From: Curvularia clavata
Taxonomy: Eukaryota
DNA length: 64,000 nt
Direction: 5' to 3'
Assembly (NCBI GenBank): GCA_023920165.1
Contig: CP089275.1
Span: forward strand, 930,001 to 994,000
A model generated the notes under the pieces. The model was not told the origin of the DNA. It saw nothing but the letters and a program-made list of their open reading frames with translations, and ran no database searches. This document shows, in pieces, positions 45,532 through 56,528 of this stretch (its first letter is position 1; the number at the start of each line of letters is the position of its first letter). The translations under genes were made by a program, and so were the position numbers.

Positions 45532-46086
45532 ATGTCCTACGTACCCACTGACGAGCCATTCAAGTCTAGGACAGACAGCCGGGAGTGGCAGCAGTACGAA
45601 CAAGCCATCAAAGACCATGGACCGCTCCTACCTAACTACACTATCCAGGTCTCAAAGATATCAGAAACAAAGCAAGGTAATACCAGAGGCAACTACTACT
45701 TTGAAACCGCCCGTTCGAAGGAAAAGGAACCAGGATCATGGAACCACCCATGTTCTCCAACCGAAGCGCATCTGAGACCAACATTTGATGATGAATATGT
45801 CGATGATCGGAAGAGTGTAACTGGAATCTTCCACCCACCAATGCTAACGTACAAAGCGGGGAGCCTGGTCTTTCATTATCACGATACATGGGAAGCCGCT
45901 CTTGCTGCCAGTTTGAATGCAAGCGGCGTCGACCATAAGGGAAAAGCTGTCTCCACAGACATCGTGAAAGCGATGAATGCAGAGATGAACAAGGCACATC
46001 TTGACATGATTGGGTTTCGCCATAACCGCGATACGGGAGTTGGGGGTGTTGTATTTGCCTGGCGCATGGGAAAGCTCCGCTGGTGA
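45532..46086 (+). CDS. Hypothetical protein, 184 aa, no family recognised
   Basis: Intronless ORF from AAC-ATG with globular-protein composition; TATATAAA at 45230-45237. Confidence 0.55.
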   Translation: MSYVPTDEPFKSRTDSREWQQYEQAIKDHGPLLPNYTIQVSKISETKQGNTRGNYYFETARSKEKEPGSWNHPCSPTEAHLRPTFDDEYVDDRKSVTGIFHPPMLTYKAGSLVFHYHDTWEAALAASLNASGVDHKGKAVSTDIVKAMNAEMNKAHLDMIGFRHNRDTGVGGVVFAWRMGKLRW

Positions 46087-46527
46087 GGCGTATACAGAGA
46101 TGAATTAGTTAGCCCTTTCAATATACGTCTATTACTGGTGTACCTGTTTCCGAGAAGATTCGCAGTGCACGTCCACCAACCAGGACATTCGGCTAACAGA
46201 ACGGCGGTGTGCGTCTGATTGGCGCAGGGCCCAGCCGCCTGCGCCAGTGTTGCTCCCGCGACCGTGAGCTGGCGCATCGTCATCGCCCAAATGGCCAGTG
46301 CACCGTAAACAAACCCCAACATATCAAGGCCGGCCCTCCACCTGCACTGTTCCCCACCCAACCGCCCTCCACCTCACGAACTATTGCACATACTACCGCG
46401 CTGGATCGCTGAAGGCATTCGCGATTGATTTTACCGCTGCACTCTCCAAACCTCACTGTATACGCAGCTGGACTCTCACCGCTGTGTATTCCTCCTTCCT
46501 CAGCTCTTAGACGATACCACATACACA

Positions 46528-49500
46528 ATGACCCCCGACAGAGACCCCTCCCGCGACCGGGAACTTGTCCGACACTCTCATTCCTTCTCATCAGACAGAG
46601 CAATTCCCATGTGGGACTCTGGAGATCCAGACCGGGCTCCGCCTCCTCTTCCTCTTAATCCTGGGTCTCCAAATCTCACAACGCGGCCAAACACATCAGC
46701 AGCGATTATGCAAGCAGCCAAAGCGCTAGAGGAGAAGGCGCGAGAGAGCTTACCCGCAAGCTCATACACTACTAACCCTATGCCACTGAAGTCGCTCTCT
46801 CCAGAGCGTGCACTCATCAAAGGCAACCAGCACAAGCGAATGCAGTCACTACAGCCAGGTAGCGTTCGTGATCTACGCAGCTACTTAGACAACCGGTCGC
46901 CAGACAGGAGTTATCTGGACCGGTCGCCCGAGCGGTCACCGGACCGTGACAGGCCGTCTAGTAGAGGAGGAAGGCCAATCTCGCGCGATTGGGACAAGGA
47001 CTACTTTGGCAAAGAAGCCGATTCCAGTCCTACACGCCATGTCACTCCTTCACCAACTACGCGATTCGAAATCAAGGACACTCCGGCTCTACGGCCCAGC
47101 CACAGGCCTTTTCTGGGCGAGAACACACCTCCTTCGGCTACCATGATGGCGCTCCAGACAATGTCCATTCCCCAGCATATGCTCGACCCTCCACCATCGA
47201 CCATCACTAAAGAGGCACGCTCTCCACCTCCAGCGGCTACGTCTCCTTCCTCTCCCGCACCAGCGTCAACAACCGCACCAGTACAAGCGGCGGTCCAACC
47301 GCAGTCGTTTGACAACATCACTAGTCAACTCGTCAGCATCAACAACATTGTTTCAAGTCTTCAAAAGGACATGTCGCAGTTGAGTCGAAGGAGTAAGGAC
47401 AACGCAACAGACCTCATCAGCTTGAAGGAGGCGACAAATCTCCGAGACGAGGACATCCGAAAGTCCCTCAAGGATCTTTTGGCTACCATGTCTCAAAAGC
47501 AGGAGGCAGCTGCGGCTGCGGCTGCGGCTGCCATGAATGGAGACACCTCTCGGTCTAGCAGCCTCAATCTCCAAGACCCTCACATGACACCCACTAAGCA
47601 ATTCACCTTCCCGAGGATGGCGTCAACTAGTCCTTGGGCGGATGAGCGCATCGGCAGCCCCAATCCATATTCCGTCGAGGGCGCGGCTAGCGTTGCGATG
47701 CTCGAGAAGATCATTCGCGAAATGGTGACCAAGGATGGTCAGGAACGCCTCGTAGCAAACCTGCAAAAGATCGTTGACAAGGCTACTGGAGAGACTGCCC
47801 AAAAGGTCACCGAACTGGTGGAGTTTGTCAAGCAGGGTTCTATTGGCGGCTCCATGCACAACGCTGCACCTGGGTCCGCAAGTTTTCAGCCATCACCGGG
47901 ATCTGGTGCGCTCACTCGCACAATCTCAGCTGATAGCAAGGTCTACTCCAGTCCCAAGGCTGCCGACTTTGTAAGCGAGGAGATGCTGAAGTTCTTGCGT
48001 AAGATCAAGGACAGCGTTGCCGAGTCTGGTTGTGTTACTATGGCGACCAAGTCAATGATTCAAGATCTCCGAGGCGAGGTGCTAGGCATGGGCCGCGAGC
48101 TTGCACGTAAACTCGAGGAGGCCGAGCAAACTAGAAGCATCGAATCAGACTCAGGATCGAGCCAGCCGAACGAGCAGATCAACATTATCCTTCAAGAGGG
48201 TCTCACCAACCTGAAGGAGCACATGGACAAGGTAATGCGTGAGCGAAGACGGCAGTCCATGTCATCAGTTGTGACTCGCAATACTGTCGACAATAACGAG
48301 GTATATGATGTCGTCAAGCAAGCACTCGCAGAGCGTGGTCTAGACCAGCCATCTGCCCAATCCGCTGGCCTAGACAAGGAAGCCATCGTCAGCGCCGTGC
48401 GAGAAGCCTTCGACGGTGTCGAGACAATCCCCAACCGCGAAATCCAACAGGTTGGCCTGGAAAGAGACGAGATTCTGCAGTGTCTGCGTGAAGGCCTACA
48501 GGACTTTAGCGGGTCTGGCGCAGTGACCAAGGAAGAAATCGAAACCATGCTGCACGACTCTCTCCAGCAGATCCCGCTTCCGCCTCCGATCAACGAAGTA
48601 CATGAGATCCGCGAAGAAGTTCTGATGGCTGTGCGGGAATCTTTGGAAGAGTTGAAACCAGCTCTTACTGCTCAACAGCCATCGCCAGCAGAGAGCCTTT
48701 CGAGAGAGCTGCTCGAGGAAGTCATCCGCCAGGCGCTTACTGAGCACAATTCCGCTGGCTTGGAAATCGAAATTCCTCCAGAGAGTATCCAGGACGCTGT
48801 AAGGGCAGCAACCGAAGCGCATAATGAATCTGTCATGGAACGTCTCCAGTCCATGGTGGAGGAAATGCATACTGCCTTTGAAGGATACTCTTCGACTAGC
48901 GGCAAGGATACCGAGCAGGTTCTGGCAACTCTTCGGGAGGGACTGGACAGCCTTCGTACCGAAATCCAAGCTTCATCAAGTCAGCCACGAGAGATCACTC
49001 AAGACGGCGAGATGATCGACCAATTCAAAGCAGAGCTCGACAAGCTACGTGAGGACGTCCAAGGCTACGTCGCAGATGGACCTCGTGGAGACCAGGAATG
49101 GAGCCGCGGCGACATGGTTACTTACCTCAAATCCGAGTTTGAAAGTCTTCAGGAAAAGCTGAGTTCTCAACTCCTCCCTGCATCCAAATCCAACGAGGAG
49201 ATCCTTGCCGCTCTCAATGCAGGGTTTGAAGAGATGAAATCCCAAGTTGCCGTTCGGTCTGGAGATAACGATGACGTTGATTCCAACGAGGATATCAGCG
49301 AGGCCATCAAGCATGAGTTCGATCAGCTCAAAGAAGTTGTGCTCGGAGACACCTCTAGCAACAAGAATGACATCTTGGAAAAGCTCCAGGCTGGTTTCGA
49401 CGGACTCCATGTACTCATGGCGGAGAAACAGACTGCATCCACGTCTAATGACGACATGCTTGCTTCGCTCAAGGCAGAATTCGAACAACTCAGAGAGTCC

Positions 49501-52500
49501 ATGACCGGCTCGCTTGTCAAATCAAGTGATTCGGCAGACAAGGATGACATTGTCAATGCTGTTCGAGAACTTGTTGAAGGGTTGCACACTTCTCAGGAGA
49601 CCACTTCCAAGGACAACCTCGCCCATATCTGTTCTGAACTAGAAGCGCTCAAGGACTCACTGAGTAATGCTCTTGTTCCAAGTGGAGAAAATGACAAGAG
49701 TGAGATGATGATGGTGGTAAAGAATGCCCTCGACGAGATCAAGGCCAACTTGACATCTGCTGGTGTCAACGAGGAGCTCCTTGAAGCTTTCAGGGGCGAG
49801 CTTGACCACTTGCGCCAATCCAATGGTCTGATTCGACAACACTCGCGAGCCGACACAGAAGAAGTGTTGGAGGCTGTCAAGCTCGGCCTTGATGACCTTC
49901 AATCCCACATGGACAAGAAGTTCAACACGCCTGAGCGCAACACCACTGCCACTGACGACATCATTGACGCCATGAATGAGGGTTTGGAGAGTTTGCGAGC
50001 CGATGTCTCCAAGATCGTTGAAAAGCCCGTGGACATGAGCGTGTCGTACGAAATCCTGGATACCCTCAAGGAGGGTCTTGCCGCTCTGCGTGCTGACGTG
50101 GAAGTGCTGAAGGGTGTCCGGCATGAGGTTGAGCCTGCTCCAGAGGATATTCCGCTGCCAGCAGGTAACGAAATCGCCCTCGTAGAAAACCCCGAAGATG
50201 ACGAGACCATGTCGCGCGAGATCTGTGAAGATATGGCGGAGCCTGACCTACCACCCGAGCCTGTGGCACATTCACTGGACGTGGCTAAGATGGAGCGTCT
50301 TCTCACTCAGATTCAAGACAAGGTGCAAGCCATGGATGCCACTGCCAAGGAAGCAACACCACCTTCTGAGCCAGCTGCGCCCGCTGGTGCCGTCATGAAA
50401 GAAGACCTTGGTGTGATCGAGGAGCTTCTGAAGGACGTCCAAGCCGCGGTGTTACTTATGCAAGATCGCGAGACATCACCACCTGAGCTGGAAGGCCTTG
50501 CCAAGAAGGAGGATACGGATGCCATTGAGACTCTCCTTGCCAACACCAAAGCCAAGATCGAGGAGCTTGTTCTTCCAGACCCTGCAACTGCTGTCACTAA
50601 GGAGCATTTGGAAGATGTCGAGCTTGTTGTCCGGACCACTTCTGAGACTTTGGAGGCCCTTTCGAAGAAGTTTGAAGAGGAAGGCGCTACCAAGGCTGAT
50701 GTTACGGTTGTCCAAGTACTTGCGGACGATATCAAGGTTGCTCTCGACGAAATGAAGGCAGCCAAGCCAGAAGATGAGAGCAATCCGCACGCCACCAAAG
50801 CCGACATCGATGCAATGACACTTCTTGTCGATGATCTCAAAGTGAAACTGGACGACATGAAGATCCCAGACCCAGAGGAGCTCGCATCGAAGGCTGAACT
50901 GGAGCAGCTCACTGGACTGATCCATGACTTCCGTGACAGCCATGAAAAGATGAAGGACACCTATGAGGCCGACATTCAGAAGACGGCCAACAACTTCGAT
51001 GAGCGTCGTGCCGAGGCCACTCAGATTGTTGAGGACATCACTGGTGTCAAGGCAGCCTTGGATGAGATGCGAGAGGAGATCAAGACCAGCCTCATCGAGG
51101 GTAGTCCCATCGAGAGCCTCCAAGCGTCTTTCAAGGCCATGGAAGAAACCATTGGTGCCAACAACGTCACTGCTGATGTAAAGGAACTCATGGAAATCGT
51201 GACGAGAGAGTTCGAACGCGCTCACGGATCCATTGAGGGCCTGCAAAATGACAACGCAGAGAAGTCAGCGCTCCACCTCGAAAAGCATGACGAGACCAAG
51301 GCGGCCGTTGTTGCTGCATTCACTGAAGGCTTGGAAGACAAGTTCAACACTCTCATGGCCAAGTACGATGATGCTCAGCTGCTAGCCGACGAGCTTGCCA
51401 AGGTCATGAAGGAGAAGTCCGAAGAGCAAGAGAAGATGCTTGAAAGCACCAAGGCTACAGCGGACGAACTTCGTCTTACCATCGACACTTTGGGTGCTAC
51501 CATTGCTGGCATGAACGACAGGTTTGAGGGTGCGACCACCCAATGGTCTACCGACTCTACAACGGTCCTCAGCAAGGTGGACGAAACTCTCACCAAGTTT
51601 GACGAACAGAAGACGGCCACCATGGAGAAGCTTGAAGAGCAGAAGCTTGAGACAATCGCGAAGTTGGAAGAGCACATTGCCAAATTCGAAGAACTCAAGC
51701 TGGAAGACAAGACGGAACATTCTCACACTCGCGACGAGATCAAGAATGTTGAAGCCATCTTCAACAACCTCCAAGACAACATCACCGAGTACCATCCCAA
51801 GTTCATGGTGGCGCTGCACGAAATCGAAGCCCTCGTCAAAGCCCATTACGAGCACGCGCAAAAGTGCAAGGAAGAGGCCGACGAGAATGCCAGGGCCTGG
51901 AATGAGCAGGCGAAGGCTCGCTCTGACGAATTGCAGGCGCATTTCGAGAACCTACCCAAGCTTCTGCCAGCTCCTGCAGAGTCTGAGAACAAGTATGATG
52001 ATGGGCCCGTGCAGGAGAAGCTTGACAAGCTGCTCGCAATCGAGCCAGCGCCTAGCTATGACGATAGCCCTGTTCACGAGAAGCTCGATAAACTCCTTGG
52101 CCATGCTGATGATGCTACCAAAGCAGCCACAAACGCCGAAAAACTTGACGAGATCCACAACCAAGTCAAGGCTACTGCTGCTGAGCTTAGCGAATTCGTT
52201 GCCAAGCAAACTCAATTCATCACCGACGGCAACGAAGCCAAGGAACGCGAGGCCGAAGAGTTGCTTCTGCTCATTGAACGCAGGACAACGCAAAAGGAGC
52301 AACTCGAGATTGATCTGGAGAGCCTACGAGCTGAAAAGGCCAATCAGAAGGAACAGCTTATGGCCGACATCCAGGAAATGAAGGCCGAGAAGGAAAGAGT
52401 TGTGCAAGAGCTCAAGGAAGAGAAAGAGCGCGTCATGGCCGAACTGCAAAACGAAAAGGACCTCACCATGCTTGAGCTGAAGGAAGAGAAGGATTCGCTC

Positions 52501-53676
52501 TTGGCCGCTGTTGCTTCTCTCCAAGCAGAGCGCGAGAACTTGGCTAACCAGAAGGTGCGCCTGACCGGAGAGGTTTCATCTCTTCAAACTGCGCTCGAAA
52601 TCCGTCGAGAGGAACTGCACATCATGGACACCAAGGCAGATGCATTGGAACGCCGCATCTTGAATGGTATCATGGACCATTCACGTGCTTTGATGATGAC
52701 TAAGGGCGGTTCGAAGAACCCTTCAAAGCTCAAGAAGCGTGTCAGCATCGATCCTGATGCGGAAGGAAACAGGGCAACGGCATCCCCTAGTGCTGCAGCC
52801 AACGGTCTCTCTCTTGCACTCAAGCCTCGTGCCGCTGCTCGAAGGAACGGCCAGCCAGTCAATCCAACCCAACGCAGAATCCTGTCTCTCAGTCAGATTA
52901 GCGGCAACACTCCTACAGGAGCACAGGCCTATCCAACCACTACCGCCTCAACCAATGCTAATGCGGGACTGAAGCGCAGCCACTCGGTTAAAACTAGCAA
53001 TTACTCACGCAAGGGATCTTGGGGCGGAAAGCCTAGCGCCAGCATTGCCAACAAGGAAAACGGCGCGTTGCCTGAAGTTGACGAGAATGAGCCCTTGGCC
53101 CCTGTCTCACATGATATCATTGAGGAGGATGCCCAAAGCGAGGCCGGTACCGAGCGCAGGTACAGCGTTGACTACCCTGAGAGCTACGCTGAAGGTGAGA
53201 CGCCTGGCTATGACGGACGTTCCAGTTTCGGTGGCGCAGGGAGCGAGTACACTTACGCTTCTGGGACTTCGTACATGACAGGCAGTGACATTGACCATGA
53301 CCGTCGCACCTCTTATGGTGCCCAGTCAGTCCGCTCTGCTGCTCCTGGTGGTGAGCCTACAAACGAAGGGTCAGATGGATCAGAGTACTCGGATGATGAA
53401 GAGGACAACGACCGAACCGCTATTATCGATCCATCGGAAGTAAACTCCTCCGTAATCACCACTGCCACTGCGGACAGTGAGGTCGACTTGCCAACCCATT
53501 CGGAAATTGTTCGCGCAGTTGACGCTGTCAAGGCAGAGATGAAGGAGAACTATTCTCCTCCTAGCGACTCGGGTGTTGGTACTGACTTGGCTACTGTCCC
53601 TCTTGAGCACGAGACTGAGCATGATGCTGACTACTTCCGCCGCGCAGCTGAGGAAGAAGCAAGTGTCGTTGGCTAA
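46528..53676 (+). CDS. Giant acidic coiled-coil scaffold protein, 2382 aa, intronless
   Basis: Strong codon bias. Conserved-looking motifs IPMWDSGDPDRAPPPLPLNP, LSRRSKDNATDLISLKEATN.RDEDIRKSL, LEKIIREMVTK, LERRILNGIMDHSR and RRILSLSQI, with long heptad regions. No Walker A motif seen. Confidence 0.9.
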   Translation: MTPDRDPSRDRELVRHSHSFSSDRAIPMWDSGDPDRAPPPLPLNPGSPNLTTRPNTSAAIMQAAKALEEKARESLPASSYTTNPMPLKSLSPERALIKGNQHKRMQSLQPGSVRDLRSYLDNRSPDRSYLDRSPERSPDRDRPSSRGGRPISRDWDKDYFGKEADSSPTRHVTPSPTTRFEIKDTPALRPSHRPFLGENTPPSATMMALQTMSIPQHMLDPPPSTITKEARSPPPAATSPSSPAPASTTAPVQAAVQPQSFDNITSQLVSINNIVSSLQKDMSQLSRRSKDNATDLISLKEATNLRDEDIRKSLKDLLATMSQKQEAAAAAAAAAMNGDTSRSSSLNLQDPHMTPTKQFTFPRMASTSPWADERIGSPNPYSVEGAASVAMLEKIIREMVTKDGQERLVANLQKIVDKATGETAQKVTELVEFVKQGSIGGSMHNAAPGSASFQPSPGSGALTRTISADSKVYSSPKAADFVSEEMLKFLRKIKDSVAESGCVTMATKSMIQDLRGEVLGMGRELARKLEEAEQTRSIESDSGSSQPNEQINIILQEGLTNLKEHMDKVMRERRRQSMSSVVTRNTVDNNEVYDVVKQALAERGLDQPSAQSAGLDKEAIVSAVREAFDGVETIPNREIQQVGLERDEILQCLREGLQDFSGSGAVTKEEIETMLHDSLQQIPLPPPINEVHEIREEVLMAVRESLEELKPALTAQQPSPAESLSRELLEEVIRQALTEHNSAGLEIEIPPESIQDAVRAATEAHNESVMERLQSMVEEMHTAFEGYSSTSGKDTEQVLATLREGLDSLRTEIQASSSQPREITQDGEMIDQFKAELDKLREDVQGYVADGPRGDQEWSRGDMVTYLKSEFESLQEKLSSQLLPASKSNEEILAALNAGFEEMKSQVAVRSGDNDDVDSNEDISEAIKHEFDQLKEVVLGDTSSNKNDILEKLQAGFDGLHVLMAEKQTASTSNDDMLASLKAEFEQLRESMTGSLVKSSDSADKDDIVNAVRELVEGLHTSQETTSKDNLAHICSELEALKDSLSNALVPSGENDKSEMMMVVKNALDEIKANLTSAGVNEELLEAFRGELDHLRQSNGLIRQHSRADTEEVLEAVKLGLDDLQSHMDKKFNTPERNTTATDDIIDAMNEGLESLRADVSKIVEKPVDMSVSYEILDTLKEGLAALRADVEVLKGVRHEVEPAPEDIPLPAGNEIALVENPEDDETMSREICEDMAEPDLPPEPVAHSLDVAKMERLLTQIQDKVQAMDATAKEATPPSEPAAPAGAVMKEDLGVIEELLKDVQAAVLLMQDRETSPPELEGLAKKEDTDAIETLLANTKAKIEELVLPDPATAVTKEHLEDVELVVRTTSETLEALSKKFEEEGATKADVTVVQVLADDIKVALDEMKAAKPEDESNPHATKADIDAMTLLVDDLKVKLDDMKIPDPEELASKAELEQLTGLIHDFRDSHEKMKDTYEADIQKTANNFDERRAEATQIVEDITGVKAALDEMREEIKTSLIEGSPIESLQASFKAMEETIGANNVTADVKELMEIVTREFERAHGSIEGLQNDNAEKSALHLEKHDETKAAVVAAFTEGLEDKFNTLMAKYDDAQLLADELAKVMKEKSEEQEKMLESTKATADELRLTIDTLGATIAGMNDRFEGATTQWSTDSTTVLSKVDETLTKFDEQKTATMEKLEEQKLETIAKLEEHIAKFEELKLEDKTEHSHTRDEIKNVEAIFNNLQDNITEYHPKFMVALHEIEALVKAHYEHAQKCKEEADENARAWNEQAKARSDELQAHFENLPKLLPAPAESENKYDDGPVQEKLDKLLAIEPAPSYDDSPVHEKLDKLLGHADDATKAATNAEKLDEIHNQVKATAAELSEFVAKQTQFITDGNEAKEREAEELLLLIERRTTQKEQLEIDLESLRAEKANQKEQLMADIQEMKAEKERVVQELKEEKERVMAELQNEKDLTMLELKEEKDSLLAAVASLQAERENLANQKVRLTGEVSSLQTALEIRREELHIMDTKADALERRILNGIMDHSRALMMTKGGSKNPSKLKKRVSIDPDAEGNRATASPSAAANGLSLALKPRAAARRNGQPVNPTQRRILSLSQISGNTPTGAQAYPTTTASTNANAGLKRSHSVKTSNYSRKGSWGGKPSASIANKENGALPEVDENEPLAPVSHDIIEEDAQSEAGTERRYSVDYPESYAEGETPGYDGRSSFGGAGSEYTYASGTSYMTGSDIDHDRRTSYGAQSVRSAAPGGEPTNEGSDGSEYSDDEEDNDRTAIIDPSEVNSSVITTATADSEVDLPTHSEIVRAVDAVKAEMKENYSPPSDSGVGTDLATVPLEHETEHDADYFRRAAEEEASVVG

Positions 53677-54499
53677 GTCGGTATTCATACCTGCTGAAGC
53701 TGTTGTTTCAACTACCATTTCGCCCACCGTCTCGCTCCGCACTTCTATCAGCTTGAGGCTTTGACTCGTCTCTCTTGAGGTTCTAGAGTTGGCATCGCTG
53801 GTGATGAGCGTTGAGCTTGACCAGGGCGGAAGTTTGTGAAATCAGCTCAACTCTTCATATGGATACACTCGGTTTTGATGTGTGACACAGCAGCTTTGGG
53901 TGCGTTATGGAATGGGTACATGGAATTGGGTCATGGGACTTGGGAATGAGTGACGTTGATTGATTGGTATGAATGATTTTGCAACGGTGTTATGACTTTG
54001 GCAGGTTGATGGACTCATGGGGTTTATGTTTTCTTGTTTTTCTTGTACGATACAATGTCTCCTTCCTAGCGGTTTATTTTTGTTTTCAAGCGCGCAGGTA
54101 GCGATCCAGTTGGCTCAGATTATTAATGTAATGAATGAATCGGATTATTCACGAGCGACCGATGTTTGACGCATTAGCTAAAGAGGCATTTGGTGTGGAA
54201 GCGTGATCTCCTCCCGAAATTAACAATGCAAACATCACGACTTTGAACTGCGGGGTGTCATCATCGTTCTTATTGGCTACGACCGCCATCCCTCTTGCAT
54301 CCGCATCACGCTTATTGGCGGAATCTTGCAGGGATGCTGGTGTCGTCATGGTTCGGCCTGAGCTTCCACGGTGCTCTAAAGTCCGGCACTCCCCTCTGAC
54401 ATCTGTCGCGCCGTCTTGTCCTTCTTCTTTTCGTTTCTGTTTGTTTCGCCCTACAGCTGGTTGCCTCTAGCTCTGCGTTTCATTCTGTGCGCTTCAAGA

Positions 54500-55449
54500 A
54501 TGGCTTCTGCAACCGGGATCCCGTCTACAGCCGCCGCCGCGCGCGGCCAGAGCGAAGAAGAGCCGCTCCTCGGTCGAAGAGGTGATGCTAGCCAGATGCA
54601 AGGCCAGCCGCTCTACCATAATCTATGGATTGGTATGTATTGTTACGGAAGAGAGGTATTAAAGCGCGACAAATGGTTAATCAAAAAGTACAGGCACTGC
54701 TCCCATCGCGCAAGCCGGCATCTGGATTCTCGCAGCCATAGTCTGGGGCGCCATACTTTCTAATAAGCTCATCTTCTTCTCTGCGCATCCTGTAAGCTAT
54801 CCTTACCATGTCTCTGTTTCAAGGAAGAAAAGAACTAACCACTTCTCCAACCCACAGCTCCTCAACTCCGTAAGCCACCCCAACACCACCCTAATAACCC
54901 CTTCACGACAACCATATCATTAATACCCCGAGCTTTTAGGCCGGCTTCCTCCTCGCGATCCAAGCTGCGCTCATTTTACAACCTACGCATACTCCCGAGC
55001 AAAAGCGCGCGGGAACACTCGCCCACTTCCTCTTCCACGTCTTGGGCGCCTCGGCCCTAACCGCCGGCCTCGTCATCATCGAAATCAACAAGCGCGGCCC
55101 CGGCCACGAGCACTTTGCCTCTGCGCATGCCCGCCTCGGCCTCGCCTTCTACATCCTCGTCTACATCCAGTCGCTCGTCGGCTTCACACAGTACTATGTG
55201 CCCCAGCTGTATGGCAGCGTTGAGAATGCGAAGAGTATCTACAAGTACCATCGCATGGGGGGCTATCTGATTGCGACATTGGGTCTAGCGACCATTTGTG
55301 CGGCTACGTGGACGACGTATAATATCTATGTGGCGCATATGCAGCATTGGGCGGTCATTACGGCGAGTGTGCTTGTGTTGGTGGGTGTGGTGCCGAGGAT
55401 TAGGTTGAGTAAGTTTGGATTCAAGAGGGAGGGTGAGGTTAGGTTGTGA
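54500..55449 (+). CDS. Cytochrome b561-family membrane protein
   Basis: Heme-ligand His motifs FSAHPLLNS, GTLAH, HFASAHARLG and YKYHRMGGY; multiple TMs. Exons 54500-54632, 54694-54791, 54858-54869, 54940-55449. Confidence 0.87.
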
Positions 55450-56528
55450 GAGGGAGAGATCTTCGTTTCTTGAGGATGTGAGATGGGTTGAGGTGATAAG
55501 GGGATGGTATGATAGGACGGCAGGTGTAGATGCTTGGTTAGAGAGGTATGTTCATGAAAACGGGATCACGTAGTGTTGTTTCTATATATGATTGAATGAT
55601 TCATTAAGTTATCTTGCTCTATCCTCCAAAATCAGTGAAATTCAAGTACAATAGCTTTAAAAGTGGCTGTGTTTGGTCACAGTTACTTACTCTTTACTGT
55701 GTTGATAAGCTTCTCTTTGTAGGCAAGCTTGTTTTGAGTCCTGGTTTTGTTGCTTCTGGGAGCGGCTGTGCCTTTCTCTCGAGAATCTTTCTGTAGGAAT
55801 GAACAATACTCCCCGAGTTTCTTTTCTTTCCTTCGCTTTGCTTATCTCCCGTCTCTAACCCCACCCTTTTGCTGTTACACCGCACTGCAATGTTTATGTC
55901 TCTTACTATCCATCTTTTACTGTGTTCTAGCCTGAAAATAAGTATACAAATTCCAGAGAGACGTGTTTGATCGACTAGATTAGGTAGTTGCTCCTGTCAT
56001 CTCGGGGATGGTGGTGAGTGATTCTTTCTCTCGTCCTACAGTCTATTTCAGGTTTTATAAGGGAGAAGGTGGGTCAGGTGGAGAGGAGAAATGTGGGCTG
56101 GGAAGATGTGTTGGTGGGTTTTGAGTAGAATGCTCATGATTTGGGTTGAGGGCGAGGGTGGAGGATGGGGAGGGAGTGCGAGGTGGAGGCAATCGGGGTG
56201 GCTCTTTAGGAAGAGGGAGATATATTGGATATCCGTGTACGTTTTGCAGGTGAGTAAAGAGATAAGTGTTGATGTGAAAGTGGTAAGCTGTGAGGACGTT
56301 CTTGGGCCGGTCTTTTTGTTGGTGAGGGAAACCATGTGAATTTTGCGTCCTGGAATATGAGGTCTTATGAATTGCAGAAAGAGGGAATGCTTATTGACTT
56401 TCTGTTAGAGTCGAGTGTTCCGCATTCTTTTTACTTTATTCAATCAGTTATAAACAAGTATAATTACAAGCTTAGATCTGCCTCACTCCGAATGCGCTCT
56501 TCTTCTGTGGAAGTTGAAACCAAGCTAA

